Source: Escherichia coli (lineage in GTDB: Bacteria > Pseudomonadota > Gammaproteobacteria > Enterobacterales > Enterobacteriaceae). Taken from it: a DNA stretch of 64,000 nt. Positions 1-10,707 of the stretch are shown here, piece after piece. A program made the position numbers and the translations under genes. The notes beneath the pieces are model-generated. The model saw nothing but the letters and a program-made list of their open reading frames with translations. It did not search any database and was not told where the DNA came from. Position 1 is the stretch's first letter. Every line of letters begins with the position of its first letter. Where the stretch lies: the NCBI RefSeq assembly GCF_003334815.1, contig NZ_QOWO01000007.1; one strand, given 5' to 3'.

Positions 1-869
1 TGGAAGAGCTTGCCGCCGACGTACAGCGCAATTTCAGGCAGTGCGGCATCCGGATCTTTAAAGCGGCTGATATCGGGAAAGAACAGCTGCATAAAGAACG
101 ACGCCGCGATAAAGATAACGCCACCGTAGACCGCCGTCAGGAAGATGGCTTTCGGGATCACGCGTGCGGCGTCCGGCGTCTCTTCCGAAAGCGTGGTCAC
201 CGCATCGAAACCGAGGAAGGAGAAACAGACAATCGTCGCCCCGGTAATAATCGGGATCAGGTGCGCGTTCTCGCTGATAAACGGCTGAAGTGACCAGACG
301 GTGCCAACGCCTTCTCCTTTATGCAGTCCCTGAACTACCAGGAAGATAAACACCACCATGATGGAGATTTGCACCAGTACAAACAGGGTATTGAAGTTAG
401 CGACCAGGTTGACGCTCTTCAGATTCGCGGCGGTTAAAATGGCGACGAAGGTTACCACCCACACCCACGGCGGCACTTCCGGGAAGAGGGCGGAGAGATA
501 GATTTTCGCCAACAAGACGTTAATCATCGGCAAAAAGAGATAATCCAGCAGCGATGACCAGCCGACCATAAATCCGACGTGCGGGTTAATCGACTTTTGC
601 GCGTAGGTATAGGCCGAACCGGCCTCCGGAAACTGGCGAACCAGTTTGCCGTAGCTGATAGCGGTAAACAGCACACCCGCCAGCGCCAGCAAATAGGACG
701 CCGGAACGTGACCGTCGCTAATGCCGGAGACAATACCAAAAGTATCAAATACGGTCATCGGCGTGAGATAGGCCAGACCCATCATCACCACCTGCCACAA
801 TTTCAGTGATTTTCGCAGACGGGTTTTGCCGGGTTGCGCAGCAATATTCAGTGGTGAATTAATAGCCAT
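1..869 (-). CDS. puuP: Putrescine importer PuuP (APC-family permease), N-terminal part only; gene runs off the window start
   Basis: Minus-strand frame from ATG at 869-867 translates [35 protein letters not shown]... followed by multi-TM hydrophobic sequence; missing from ORF track because no stop lies inside the window. Confidence 0.85.
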
Positions 870-1171
870 AATTGCTGCCTCCCCTGCGTAATAAGGTTTG
901 CGGTCGTGTCGACCTGAAATCAAACCTGTTTAGCAAGGGAAGCAAAGGGGGCGGAGTCCAGTCAGTAGCAGGAGGGGCGCATACGCAGCCTCCCTCGCCA
1001 TGCGGGGATTTAATCATCGGCATTATCTCATTTCCTCGTCACAGTCTTAATCGTTAACGGAAGCCCGTTGCCGCCCGCGCTCCATAACGCGACATCCGGG
1101 AAATGTCTGGATTACCAGCAAATGTCAGGCCTGGCTCCGCTCAGGCCGATGAAACAACCCCGCAAGGGGTA

Positions 1172-2590
1172 TTACGCGTTTTTCAACATCCACTCAATTT
1201 CTGTTTCTGTGATGAGGCGCTCAAACTGCAACAGCTCATCATTTTTACAGGCGTGATAGACATGGCAGAAGCGTTCGCCTAAATAGCGGCGCAGGTGATC
1301 ATTCTCGATAAACTCACCCAGGGCATCGCTCTGGCGAATCGGAAAGGGTAAGCCTTCCTGTTCCAGCCCGTTGCCTTCGACTTCTTCCTGCAACGGCAGC
1401 TCGTTATCAAGGCCATGCAAAATACCGGCAAAAATCGCTGCCATCACCAGATATGGGTTGGCATCGGCACCCGCCACGCGATATTCCACGCGGTGATTAT
1501 GACGGTCGCCGCACGGAATACGCAGGGCGACGGTGCGGTTGTTATGGCCCCACGACGCCTGCGTCGGCACATACATTCCCGGCTGGAAGCGGCGATACGA
1601 GTTCACGTTTGGTGCCAGCAACGCCATCGACGACGGCATCAGGTCAATCATCCCGGCGAGCATCTTTTTCAGCAGCGGCGAATCTTCGCCTTCCGCGTCA
1701 GAAAGCACGTTCTCGCCACGATTATTTTGCATACTGATATGGATATGCATTCCGCTGCCCGCGTGCTCTTCATACGGCTTCGCCATAAAAGTGGCGTGCA
1801 TCTTATGCTTTTCTGCCATCAGACGCACCAGGCGTTTTAGTGCCAGCGCATCATCGCAGGCTTCCAGCACGTTATCAGTATGGTAAAGGTTGATTTCAAA
1901 CTGACCCGGCGAGGCCTCAGCGACCGCGCCATCTGCCGGAATCAGCTGTAACTGCGCCAGTTCATCAATATCATTGAGCACGTCGGCGAAGTGGTTGAGG
2001 TTATCAACGGAGTAAACCTGGCTTTGTGTATTGCGGTCATCGGTGCCAGGCGCGCAGGGCGGTTGCAGATACCCTTCAGCGTCGCGCTGGCGATCCAGTA
2101 AATAGAACTCCAGCTCTACCGCTACGACCGGGAACAATCCGCGCTGGCGCAGCTGCTGCCACAGGCGGTTAAGAACGTTCCGCGGCTCAACGTCAAAGGG
2201 AGCGCCATCTTCATCGACCATGGTCAGGAGCATCTGACCGATAAACTCTGGATCGGCGGCAGAAGGAGTTAAGGAACCGAGAACAGGAACACAGGTACGA
2301 TCCGGCTCGCCCATTTCCTGACCCAGACCTGCTTCTTCTACTACGTTGCCCAGAATATCCATTGCAAATACCGAGGCCGGGAAATAACACCCTTTCTCGA
2401 GCTTCTTCAGGCTTGAAACAGGAATACGCTTTCCACGGAAGCAACCATTTAAATCGGTAAGTAAAACATCAACATATTGCGTATTCGGGTAGCGCTCCAG
2501 GTAGCGTTTCACTTCCTGCGTAAAGGCGCTACCCCGCCTCTCTTCTGACTGCTGAACAAAGTTCTCTACTTCAACGATATTGGTTTCCAT
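1172..2590 (-). CDS. puuA: Gamma-glutamylputrescine synthetase (glutamine synthetase family), 472 aa
   Basis: ORF 1172..2668 trimmed to the ATG at 2590 (METNIVEVENF...); the 26 upstream codons are ORF-finder read-through. Confidence 0.93.
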   Translation of the reverse strand: METNIVEVENFVQQSEERRGSAFTQEVKRYLERYPNTQYVDVLLTDLNGCFRGKRIPVSSLKKLEKGCYFPASVFAMDILGNVVEEAGLGQEMGEPDRTCVPVLGSLTPSAADPEFIGQMLLTMVDEDGAPFDVEPRNVLNRLWQQLRQRGLFPVVAVELEFYLLDRQRDAEGYLQPPCAPGTDDRNTQSQVYSVDNLNHFADVLNDIDELAQLQLIPADGAVAEASPGQFEINLYHTDNVLEACDDALALKRLVRLMAEKHKMHATFMAKPYEEHAGSGMHIHISMQNNRGENVLSDAEGEDSPLLKKMLAGMIDLMPSSMALLAPNVNSYRRFQPGMYVPTQASWGHNNRTVALRIPCGDRHNHRVEYRVAGADANPYLVMAAIFAGILHGLDNELPLQEEVEGNGLEQEGLPFPIRQSDALGEFIENDHLRRYLGERFCHVYHACKNDELLQFERLITETEIEWMLKNA

Positions 2591-2633
2591 GATTCTTCGC
2601 CTTTGGTTTGTTTTCCGCTCGTTATCAAAGCGT

Positions 2634-2648
2634 AAAATATAATGACCA
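2634..2648. promoter_or_regulatory. Candidate PuuR operator copy (AAAATATAATGACCA) in the puuA/puuD divergent control region
   Basis: 15-mer differs at one position from the copy at 2806-2820; a degenerate third copy (AAAAATATTGAACA) lies at about 2731-2745; matches the PuuR recognition motif as I recall it from the literature. Confidence 0.5.
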
Positions 2649-2801
2649 CCATTCGAATCTGTATGCAAACTAAATGTTTGTCAAATGTTAAATTGAGTTT
2701 GCAAAAATGAAAACCCACTGCTAGATTGAAAAAATATTGAACATAAAGGTCATTTAAAGCGCAGTAATGGCGATAATTTAGTCCACTTTGTGAGATTGAG
2801 C

Positions 2802-3566
2802 ATGGAAAATATAATGAACAATCCGGTTATCGGTGTCGTAATGTGCAGGAACAGGCTTAAGGGTCATGCGACCCAGACTCTGCAAGAAAAGTACCTGAAT
2901 GCCATCATCCATGCAGGCGGCTTGCCTATTGCGCTACCACATGCGCTGGCGGAACCGTCATTACTTGAACAACTTTTGCCGAAACTCGATGGCATTTATC
3001 TTCCTGGTAGTCCCAGCAATGTGCAGCCGCACCTATATGGTGAAAACGGCGATGAGCCTGACGCCGATCCCGGGCGTGATCTTCTGAGCATGGCGATAAT
3101 TAATGCCGCACTCGAAAGGCGCATCCCCATTTTCGCCATCTGCCGGGGTTTACAAGAACTGGTGGTGGCAACCGGTGGTTCGTTGCATCGCAAGCTGTGC
3201 GAACAGCCTGAATTGCTGGAACATCGGGAAGATCCCGAACTGCCGGTGGAACAGCAATATGCACCGTCGCATGAAGTTCAGGTTGAAGAGGGGGGATTAC
3301 TGTCTGCGTTGTTACCTGAATGTAGCAACTTTTGGGTAAACTCTCTACATGGACAAGGGGCGAAGGTCGTTAGCCCACGGTTGCGTGTTGAAGCTCGCTC
3401 GCCGGATGGCTTAGTTGAGGCGGTTAGCGTCATCAATCATCCTTTTGCGCTGGGCGTACAGTGGCACCCGGAATGGAACAGTAGCGAGTACGCGCTTTCG
3501 CGTATATTGTTCGAGGGCTTTATCACCGCTTGTCAGCACCATATCGCTGAAAAACAGCGACTCTGA
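2802..3566 (+). CDS. puuD: Gamma-glutamyl-GABA hydrolase (class I glutamine amidotransferase-like), 254 aa
   Basis: ORF 2790..3566 (GTG-extended) trimmed to ATG 2802 (MENIMNNPVIGVV...). Confidence 0.93.
   Translation: MENIMNNPVIGVVMCRNRLKGHATQTLQEKYLNAIIHAGGLPIALPHALAEPSLLEQLLPKLDGIYLPGSPSNVQPHLYGENGDEPDADPGRDLLSMAIINAALERRIPIFAICRGLQELVVATGGSLHRKLCEQPELLEHREDPELPVEQQYAPSHEVQVEEGGLLSALLPECSNFWVNSLHGQGAKVVSPRLRVEARSPDGLVEAVSVINHPFALGVQWHPEWNSSEYALSRILFEGFITACQHHIAEKQRL
2806..2820. promoter_or_regulatory. Candidate PuuR operator copy (AAAATATAATGAACA) overlapping puuD codons 2-7
   Basis: Exact 15-mer starting 4 nt after the puuD ATG; near-identical copy at 2634-2648. Confidence 0.5.
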
Positions 3567-3592
3567 CCACTACAGTTTAAGGAAATGCAAAT

Positions 3593-4150
3593 ATGAGTGA
3601 TGAGGGACTGGCGCCAGGAAAACGCTTGTCGGAAATCCGCCAGCAGCAGGGGCTTTCACAACGTCGTGCCGCCGAACTCTCCGGGCTGACTCACAGTGCT
3701 ATCAGTACGATAGAACAAGATAAAGTCAGCCCTGCCATCAGTACGCTGCAAAAGCTGCTGAAGGTGTATGGTCTGTCACTCTCGGAATTCTTTTCCGAGC
3801 CGGAAAAACCTGATGAGCCGCAGGTCGTCATTAATCAGGACGACTTAATTGAGATGGGTAGTCAGGGTGTGTCAATGAAGCTGGTTCATAACGGTAACCC
3901 GAATCGCACGCTGGCGATGATCTTTGAAACGTACCAGCCGGGCACAACCACTGGGGAAAGAATTAAGCATCAGGGTGAGGAAATAGGCACTGTACTGGAA
4001 GGTGAAATTGTTCTGACGATTAATGGTCAGGATTACCACCTCGTCGCGGGGCAAAGTTATGCCATTAATACCGGCATCCCGCACAGTTTCAGTAATACGT
4101 CGGCAGGTATTTGCCGAATTATCAGCGCCCATACGCCCACCACGTTTTAA
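3593..4150 (+). CDS. puuR: Putrescine-utilisation repressor PuuR (XRE-type HTH plus cupin domain), 185 aa
   Basis: ORF 3593..4150; N-terminal HTH (LSQRRAAELSGLTHSAISTIEQ), C-terminal cupin-like; AAGGA Shine-Dalgarno at 3579-3583. Confidence 0.93.
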   Translation: MSDEGLAPGKRLSEIRQQQGLSQRRAAELSGLTHSAISTIEQDKVSPAISTLQKLLKVYGLSLSEFFSEPEKPDEPQVVINQDDLIEMGSQGVSMKLVHNGNPNRTLAMIFETYQPGTTTGERIKHQGEEIGTVLEGEIVLTINGQDYHLVAGQSYAINTGIPHSFSNTSAGICRIISAHTPTTF

Positions 4151-4225
4151 TCTTTTTGTTCTGTAAGCCGGGTAAGCGCAATGCGCCCGGCAATCTATAC
4201 ACAAAATCATTCAAGTTGCATCAAG

Positions 4226-4310
4226 GCGGCAAGTGAGCGAATCCCGATGAGCTTACTCAGGTAAGTGATTCGGGGGAGCGAACGCAGCCAAGGCAGAGGC
4301 GGCTTGAAGG
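4226..4310. repeat. ERIC/IRU-like imperfect palindromic intergenic repeat
   Basis: GAGCGAATCCCGATGAGCTTACTCAGGTAAGTGATTCGGGGGAGCGAACGCAGCC: imperfect inverted arms, resembles the enterobacterial ERIC consensus core; lies in the puuR-puuC spacer. Confidence 0.4.
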
Positions 4311-4424
4311 ATGAAGTGTATATAAAGAATGTCGCCAGAAATAAACGGGCATACGGCCCGGGGATCTCTGCGCCCTGACGTTCACAAACTGCATATATCT
4401 GATAGACGTGAAACAGGAGTCATA

Positions 4425-5912
4425 ATGAATTTTCATCATCTGGCTTACTGGCAGGATAAAGCGTTAAGTCTCGCCATTGAAAACCGCTTATTTATTAACG
4501 GTGAATATACTGCTGCGGCGGAAAATGAAACCTTTGAAACCGTTGATCCGGTCACCCAGGCACCGCTGGCGAAAATTGCCCGCGGCAAGAGCGTCGATAT
4601 CGACCGTGCGATGAGCGCAGCACGCGGCGTATTTGAACGCGGCGACTGGTCACTCTCTTCTCCGGCTAAACGTAAAGCGGTACTGAATAAACTCGCCGAT
4701 TTAATGGAAGCCCACGCCGAAGAGCTGGCACTGCTGGAAACTCTCGACACCGGCAAACCGATTCGTCACAGTCTGCGTGATGATATTCCCGGCGCGGCGC
4801 GCGCCATTCGCTGGTACGCCGAAGCGATCGACAAAGTGTATGGCGAAGTGGCGACCACCAGTAGCCATGAGCTGGCGATGATCGTGCGTGAACCGGTCGG
4901 CGTGATTGCCGCCATCGTGCCGTGGAACTTCCCGCTGTTGCTGACTTGCTGGAAACTCGGCCCGGCGCTGGCGGCGGGAAACAGCGTGATTCTAAAACCG
5001 TCTGAAAAATCACCGCTCAGTGCGATTCGTCTCGCGGGGCTGGCGAAAGAAGCAGGCTTGCCGGATGGTGTGTTGAACGTGGTGACGGGTTTTGGTCATG
5101 AAGCCGGGCAGGCGCTGTCGCGTCATAACGATATCGACGCCATTGCCTTTACCGGTTCAACCCGTACCGGGAAACAGCTGCTGAAAGATGCGGGCGACAG
5201 CAACATGAAACGCGTCTGGCTGGAAGCGGGCGGCAAAAGCGCCAACATCGTTTTCGCTGACTGCCCGGATTTGCAACAGGCGGCAAGCGCCACCGCAGCA
5301 GGCATTTTCTACAACCAGGGACAGGTTTGCATCGCCGGAACGCGCCTGTTGCTGGAAGAGAGCATCGCCGATGAATTCTTAGCCCTGTTAAAACAGCAGG
5401 CGCAAAACTGGCAGCCGGGCCATCCACTTGATCCCGCAACCACCATGGGCACCTTAATCGACTGCGCCCACGCCGACTCGGTCCATAGCTTTATTCGGGA
5501 AGGCGAAAGCAAAGGGCAACTGTTGTTGGATGGCCGTAACGCCGGGCTGGCTGCCGCCATCGGCCCGACCATCTTTGTGGATGTGGACCCGAATGCGTCC
5601 TTAAGTCGCGAAGAGATTTTCGGTCCGGTGCTGGTGGTCACGCGTTTCACATCAGAAGAACAGGCGCTACAGCTTGCCAACGACAGCCAGTACGGCCTTG
5701 GCGCGGCGGTATGGACGCGCGACCTCTCCCGCGCGCACCGCATGAGCCGACGCCTGAAAGCCGGTTCCGTCTTCGTCAATAACTACAACGACGGCGATAT
5801 GACCGTGCCGTTTGGCGGCTATAAGCAGAGCGGCAACGGTCGCGACAAATCCCTGCATGCCCTTGAAAAATTCACTGAACTGAAAACCATCTGGATAAGC
5901 CTGGAGGCCTGA
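4425..5912 (+). CDS. puuC: Gamma-glutamyl-gamma-aminobutyraldehyde dehydrogenase (NAD(P)-dependent aldehyde dehydrogenase), 495 aa
   Basis: ORF 4329..5912 trimmed to ATG 4425 (MNFHHLAYWQDK...) with AGGAG at 4415-4419; ALDH motifs EAGGKSA and NQGQVCIAGTR. Confidence 0.93.
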   Translation: MNFHHLAYWQDKALSLAIENRLFINGEYTAAAENETFETVDPVTQAPLAKIARGKSVDIDRAMSAARGVFERGDWSLSSPAKRKAVLNKLADLMEAHAEELALLETLDTGKPIRHSLRDDIPGAARAIRWYAEAIDKVYGEVATTSSHELAMIVREPVGVIAAIVPWNFPLLLTCWKLGPALAAGNSVILKPSEKSPLSAIRLAGLAKEAGLPDGVLNVVTGFGHEAGQALSRHNDIDAIAFTGSTRTGKQLLKDAGDSNMKRVWLEAGGKSANIVFADCPDLQQAASATAAGIFYNQGQVCIAGTRLLLEESIADEFLALLKQQAQNWQPGHPLDPATTMGTLIDCAHADSVHSFIREGESKGQLLLDGRNAGLAAAIGPTIFVDVDPNASLSREEIFGPVLVVTRFTSEEQALQLANDSQYGLGAAVWTRDLSRAHRMSRRLKAGSVFVNNYNDGDMTVPFGGYKQSGNGRDKSLHALEKFTELKTIWISLEA

Positions 5913-5913
5913 A

Positions 5914-7194
5914 ATGACCGAACATACCAGCAGTTACTACGCCGCCAGTGCGAATAAATATGCACCATTCGACACGCTGAATGAGTCAATCACCTGCGAC
6001 GTTTGCGTGGTTGGCGGCGGCTATACCGGGCTCTCCTCCGCGCTGCATCTGGCGGAAGCGGGCTTTGACGTAGTGGTTCTCGAAGCCTCACGCATCGGCT
6101 TTGGCGCAAGCGGGCGCAATGGCGGACAGCTTGTGAACTCCTACAGCCGCGACATCGACGTGATCGAAAAAAGCTACGGCATGGACACCGCCCGTATGCT
6201 CGGCAGCATGATGTTCGAAGGTGGTGAGATCATCCGCGAACGTATCAAACGTTATCAGATTGACTGCGACTACCGCCCCGGCGGCCTGTTTGTGGCGATG
6301 AATGATAAACAGCTCGCCACACTTGAAGAGCAGAAAGAGAACTGGGAACGCTACGGCAATAAACAGCTGGAATTGCTGGACGCCAACGCCATTCGCCGTG
6401 AAGTAGCCAGCGATCGCTATACCGGTGCGCTGCTGGATCACAGCGGTGGGCATATTCATCCGCTAAACCTTGCCATTGGCGAAGCGGACGCCATCCGCCT
6501 CAACGGCGGGCGCGTGTATGAACTTTCTGCCGTGACGCAGATCCAGCACACCACGCCAGCCGTTGTGCGAACTGCCAAAGGTCAGGTGACGGCGAAGTAT
6601 GTGATTGTCGCCGGGAATGCGTATCTGGGCGATAAAGTAGAGCCGGAACTGGCGAAACGCAGCATGCCGTGCGGCACGCAGGTGATCACCACCGAACGGC
6701 TGTCGGAAGATTTAGCCCGTTCGCTGATCCCGAAAAACTACTGTGTGGAAGACTGTAACTATCTGCTTGATTACTACCGTCTTACCGCCGACAACCGCCT
6801 GCTGTACGGCGGCGGCGTGGTCTACGGCGCGCGCGACCCGGATGACGTTGAGCGCCTTGTGGTGCCGAAACTGCTGAAAACCTTCCCGCAGCTGAAGGGC
6901 GTGAAAATTGATTACCGCTGGACGGGCAACTTCCTGCTGACCCTGTCGCGTATGCCGCAGTTTGGTCGCCTCGATACCAACATCTATTACATGCAGGGCT
7001 ACAGCGGCCACGGCGTGACCTGTACTCATCTAGCCGGACGTTTGATTGCCGAACTGCTGCGCGGCGACGCCGAACGTTTCGATGCCTTCGCCAATCTGCC
7101 GCATTACCCGTTCCCCGGCGGGCGCACGCTGCGTGTGCCGTTTACCGCGATGGGCGCGGCGTATTACAGCCTGCGCGATCGTCTGGGCGTTTAA
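5914..7194 (+). CDS. puuB: Gamma-glutamylputrescine oxidase (FAD-dependent), 426 aa
   Basis: ORF 5914..7194; FAD-binding VVGGGYTGLSSA; starts 2 nt after the puuC stop. Confidence 0.93.
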   Translation: MTEHTSSYYAASANKYAPFDTLNESITCDVCVVGGGYTGLSSALHLAEAGFDVVVLEASRIGFGASGRNGGQLVNSYSRDIDVIEKSYGMDTARMLGSMMFEGGEIIRERIKRYQIDCDYRPGGLFVAMNDKQLATLEEQKENWERYGNKQLELLDANAIRREVASDRYTGALLDHSGGHIHPLNLAIGEADAIRLNGGRVYELSAVTQIQHTTPAVVRTAKGQVTAKYVIVAGNAYLGDKVEPELAKRSMPCGTQVITTERLSEDLARSLIPKNYCVEDCNYLLDYYRLTADNRLLYGGGVVYGARDPDDVERLVVPKLLKTFPQLKGVKIDYRWTGNFLLTLSRMPQFGRLDTNIYYMQGYSGHGVTCTHLAGRLIAELLRGDAERFDAFANLPHYPFPGGRTLRVPFTAMGAAYYSLRDRLGV

Positions 7195-7231
7195 TTTCCG
7201 ATTAACCGTGAAGAGTCAAAAGGTGTGAAAC

Positions 7232-8497
7232 ATGAGCAACAATGAATTCCATCAGCGTCGTCTTTCTGCCACTCCGCGCGGGGTTGGCGTGATGTGTAAC
7301 TTCTTCGCCCAGTCGGCTGAAAACGCCACGCTGAAGGATGTTGAGGGCAACGAGTACATCGATTTCGCCGCAGGCATTGCGGTGCTGAATACCGGACATC
7401 GCCACCCTGATCTGGTCGCGGCGGTGGAGCAGCAACTGCAACAGTTTACCCACACCGCGTATCAGATTGTGCCGTATGAAAGCTACGTCACCCTGGCGGA
7501 GAAAATCAACGCCCTTGCCCCGGTGAGCGGGCAGGCCAAAACCGCGTTCTTCACCACCGGTGCGGAAGCGGTGGAAAACGCGGTGAAAATTGCTCGCGCC
7601 CATACCGGACGCCCTGGCGTGATTGCGTTTAGCGGCGGCTTTCACGGTCGTACGTATATGACCATGGCGCTGACCGGAAAAGTTGCGCCGTACAAAATCG
7701 GCTTCGGCCCGTTCCCTAGTTCGGTGTATCACGTACCTTATCCGTCAGATTTACACGGCATTTCAACACAGGACTCCCTCGACGCCATCGAACGCTTGTT
7801 TAAATCAGACATCGAAGCGAAGCAGGTGGCGGCGATTATTTTCGAACCGGTGCAGGGCGAGGGCGGTTTCAACGTTGCGCCAAAAGAGCTGGTTGCCGCT
7901 ATTCGCCGCCTGTGCGACGAGCACGGTATTGTGATGATTGCTGATGAAGTGCAAAGCGGCTTTGCGCGTACCGGTAAGCTGTTTGCCATGGATCATTACG
8001 CCGATAAGCCGGATTTAATGACGATGGCGAAAAGCCTCGCGGGCGGGATGCCGCTTTCGGGCGTGGTCGGTAACGCGAATATTATGGACGCACCCGCGCC
8101 GGGCGGGCTTGGCGGCACCTACGCCGGTAACCCGCTGGCGGTGGCTGCCGCGCACGCGGTGCTCAACATTATCGACAAAGAATCACTCTGCGAACGCGCG
8201 AATCAACTGGGCCAGCGTCTCAAAAACACGTTGATTGATGCCAAAGAAAGCGTTCCGGCCATTGCTGCGGTACGCGGCCTGGGGTCGATGATTGCGGTAG
8301 AGTTTAACGATCCGCAAACGGGCGAGCCGTCAGCGGCGATTGCACAGAAAATCCAGCAACGCGCGCTGGCGCAGGGGCTGCTCCTGCTGACCTGTGGCGC
8401 ATACGGCAACGTGATTCGCTTCCTGTATCCGCTGACCATCCCGGATGCGCAATTCGATGCGGCAATGAAAATTTTGCAGGATGCGCTGAGCGATTAA
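7232..8497 (+). CDS. puuE: 4-aminobutyrate aminotransferase (class III PLP aminotransferase), 421 aa
   Basis: ORF 7232..8497; class-III aminotransferase sequence recognised. Confidence 0.93.
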   Translation: MSNNEFHQRRLSATPRGVGVMCNFFAQSAENATLKDVEGNEYIDFAAGIAVLNTGHRHPDLVAAVEQQLQQFTHTAYQIVPYESYVTLAEKINALAPVSGQAKTAFFTTGAEAVENAVKIARAHTGRPGVIAFSGGFHGRTYMTMALTGKVAPYKIGFGPFPSSVYHVPYPSDLHGISTQDSLDAIERLFKSDIEAKQVAAIIFEPVQGEGGFNVAPKELVAAIRRLCDEHGIVMIADEVQSGFARTGKLFAMDHYADKPDLMTMAKSLAGGMPLSGVVGNANIMDAPAPGGLGGTYAGNPLAVAAAHAVLNIIDKESLCERANQLGQRLKNTLIDAKESVPAIAAVRGLGSMIAVEFNDPQTGEPSAAIAQKIQQRALAQGLLLLTCGAYGNVIRFLYPLTIPDAQFDAAMKILQDALSD

Positions 8498-8514
8498 TAG
8501 CCCAAGGCAATAAT

Positions 8515-8597
8515 GTCTGATGCGCTGCGCTTATCAGGCCTGCAAACGACGTATTGATTATGTATGCCGAATAAAGCATTCACGCCGCATCCGGCAA
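8515..8597. repeat. REP (repetitive extragenic palindrome) pair
   Basis: TGATGCGCTGCGCTTATCAGGCCTGC and inverted TGCCGAATAAAGCATTCACGCCGCATCCGGCA between the convergent puuE and pspF. Confidence 0.7.
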
Positions 8598-8616
8598 GTT
8601 GTATTGCTCAACTTCG

Positions 8617-9594
8617 CTAAATCTGGTGCTTTTTCAACAACGCGCGGAACTGATGATAAGTTAACCCCAGTAATTCAGCCGCGCGCTTCTGGTTATATTT
8701 CCCTTGTTGCAAACTGAGTTGCAGCAACTCTTTTTCCTGCTGCATCTGAAACTCACGTAAATCCAGCGGCAGTGTTGGAAGCGAGGTGGTTTCTGAAACG
8801 GCGATAGCGTCTTCAGGCGGACGCCGTTTAAAGGGATCAATAATGATGTCATCAAGCGGATAATCGCTGGTGCCGTGGCGATACACTGAACGTTCCACCA
8901 CGTTTTTCAATTCACGAATATTTCCCGGCCAACGATAATTCAGCAATGTTTCTCTGGCGCGCTCCGTAAACCCCGGGAACAGAGGCAGCTTGATTTCCCG
9001 ACACATCTGGATGGCAAAGTATTCTGCCATCAACATTATGTCGCTTTCGCGCTCGCGCAGTGGTGGCAGTTGTACAACATCAAAAGCCAGTCGGTCGAGC
9101 AGGTCAGCGCGAAAAGTGCCTTCATTGACCATCGCCGGGAGATCGGCATTCGTCGCGCATACCAACCGCACATTCACCTGCAATGGCTGGCTGCCGCCAA
9201 CGCGCTCCAGTTCACCGTACTCAATCACGCGCAATAATTTCTCCTGCACCATCATCGGTGCCGTAGCGAGTTCATCAAGAAATAGCGTACCGCCGTCGGC
9301 ACGTTCAAATCTCCCTGGATGACGTTTTTGCGCACCGGTAAACGCCCCCGCTTCGTGACCAAACAGTTCGGAATCCAGCAGATTTTCATTTAACGCCGCG
9401 CAGTTAAGGGAAATAAACGGCCCTTGCCAACGGGAGGAGAGATAATGCAGGCGGCTGGCAATCAGCTCTTTACCGGTGCCGCGTTCGCCGATGATGAGCA
9501 CCGGTTTGTCCAGCGGTGCGAGATGCGAAACCTGTTCCAGCACTTCGAGAAAGCTGTTCGCCTCACCAAGTAAATTATCTTTGTATTCTGCCAT
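8617..9594 (-). CDS. pspF: Sigma54-dependent activator of the psp operon, 325 aa
   Basis: ORF 8617..9609 trimmed to ATG 9594 (MAEYKDNLLGE...); Walker A GERGTGKE and GAFTGA motif present. Confidence 0.93.
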   Translation of the reverse strand: MAEYKDNLLGEANSFLEVLEQVSHLAPLDKPVLIIGERGTGKELIASRLHYLSSRWQGPFISLNCAALNENLLDSELFGHEAGAFTGAQKRHPGRFERADGGTLFLDELATAPMMVQEKLLRVIEYGELERVGGSQPLQVNVRLVCATNADLPAMVNEGTFRADLLDRLAFDVVQLPPLRERESDIMLMAEYFAIQMCREIKLPLFPGFTERARETLLNYRWPGNIRELKNVVERSVYRHGTSDYPLDDIIIDPFKRRPPEDAIAVSETTSLPTLPLDLREFQMQQEKELLQLSLQQGKYNQKRAAELLGLTYHQFRALLKKHQI

Positions 9595-9688
9595 GATGAA
9601 ATTCGCCACTTGTTAGTGTAATTCGCTAACTCATCCTGGCATGTTGCTGTTGATTCTTCAATCAGATCTTTATAAATCAAAAAGATAA

Positions 9689-10429
<741 letters not shown>

Positions 10430-10482
10430 TAACATCCAGGCGGCGTCCGAACGCGCCGCCGCTCATCGTCTAAGGAGTACTT

Positions 10483-10707
10483 ATGAGCGCGCTATTTCTG
10501 GCTATTCCGTTAACCATTTTTGTGCTGTTTGTTTTACCGATCTGGTTATGGCTGCATTACAGCAATCGTTCTGGTCGCAGTGAATTGTCGCAAAGTGAGC
10601 AGCAGCGATTAGCGCAACTGGCTGATGAAGCAAAACGGATGCGCGAACGTATTCAGGCGCTGGAATCTATTCTTGATGCAGAACATCCGAACTGGAGGGA
10701 TCGCTAA
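10483..10707 (+). CDS. pspB: Phage shock protein B, 74 aa
   Basis: ORF 10483..10707; single N-terminal TM helix. Confidence 0.93.
   Translation: MSALFLAIPLTIFVLFVLPIWLWLHYSNRSGRSELSQSEQQRLAQLADEAKRMRERIQALESILDAEHPNWRDR

Noticed and set aside
1172-2668. Longer upstream starts offered by the ORF track for puuA, puuC, tyrR, ycjM, ycjG, mpaA, uspE, fnr, dgcM, uspF and others
   Set aside because: The extensions lack ribosome-binding sites and the trimmed starts give the lengths I recall for these proteins with good Shine-Dalgarno spacing; the extensions are read-through to the next upstream stop.
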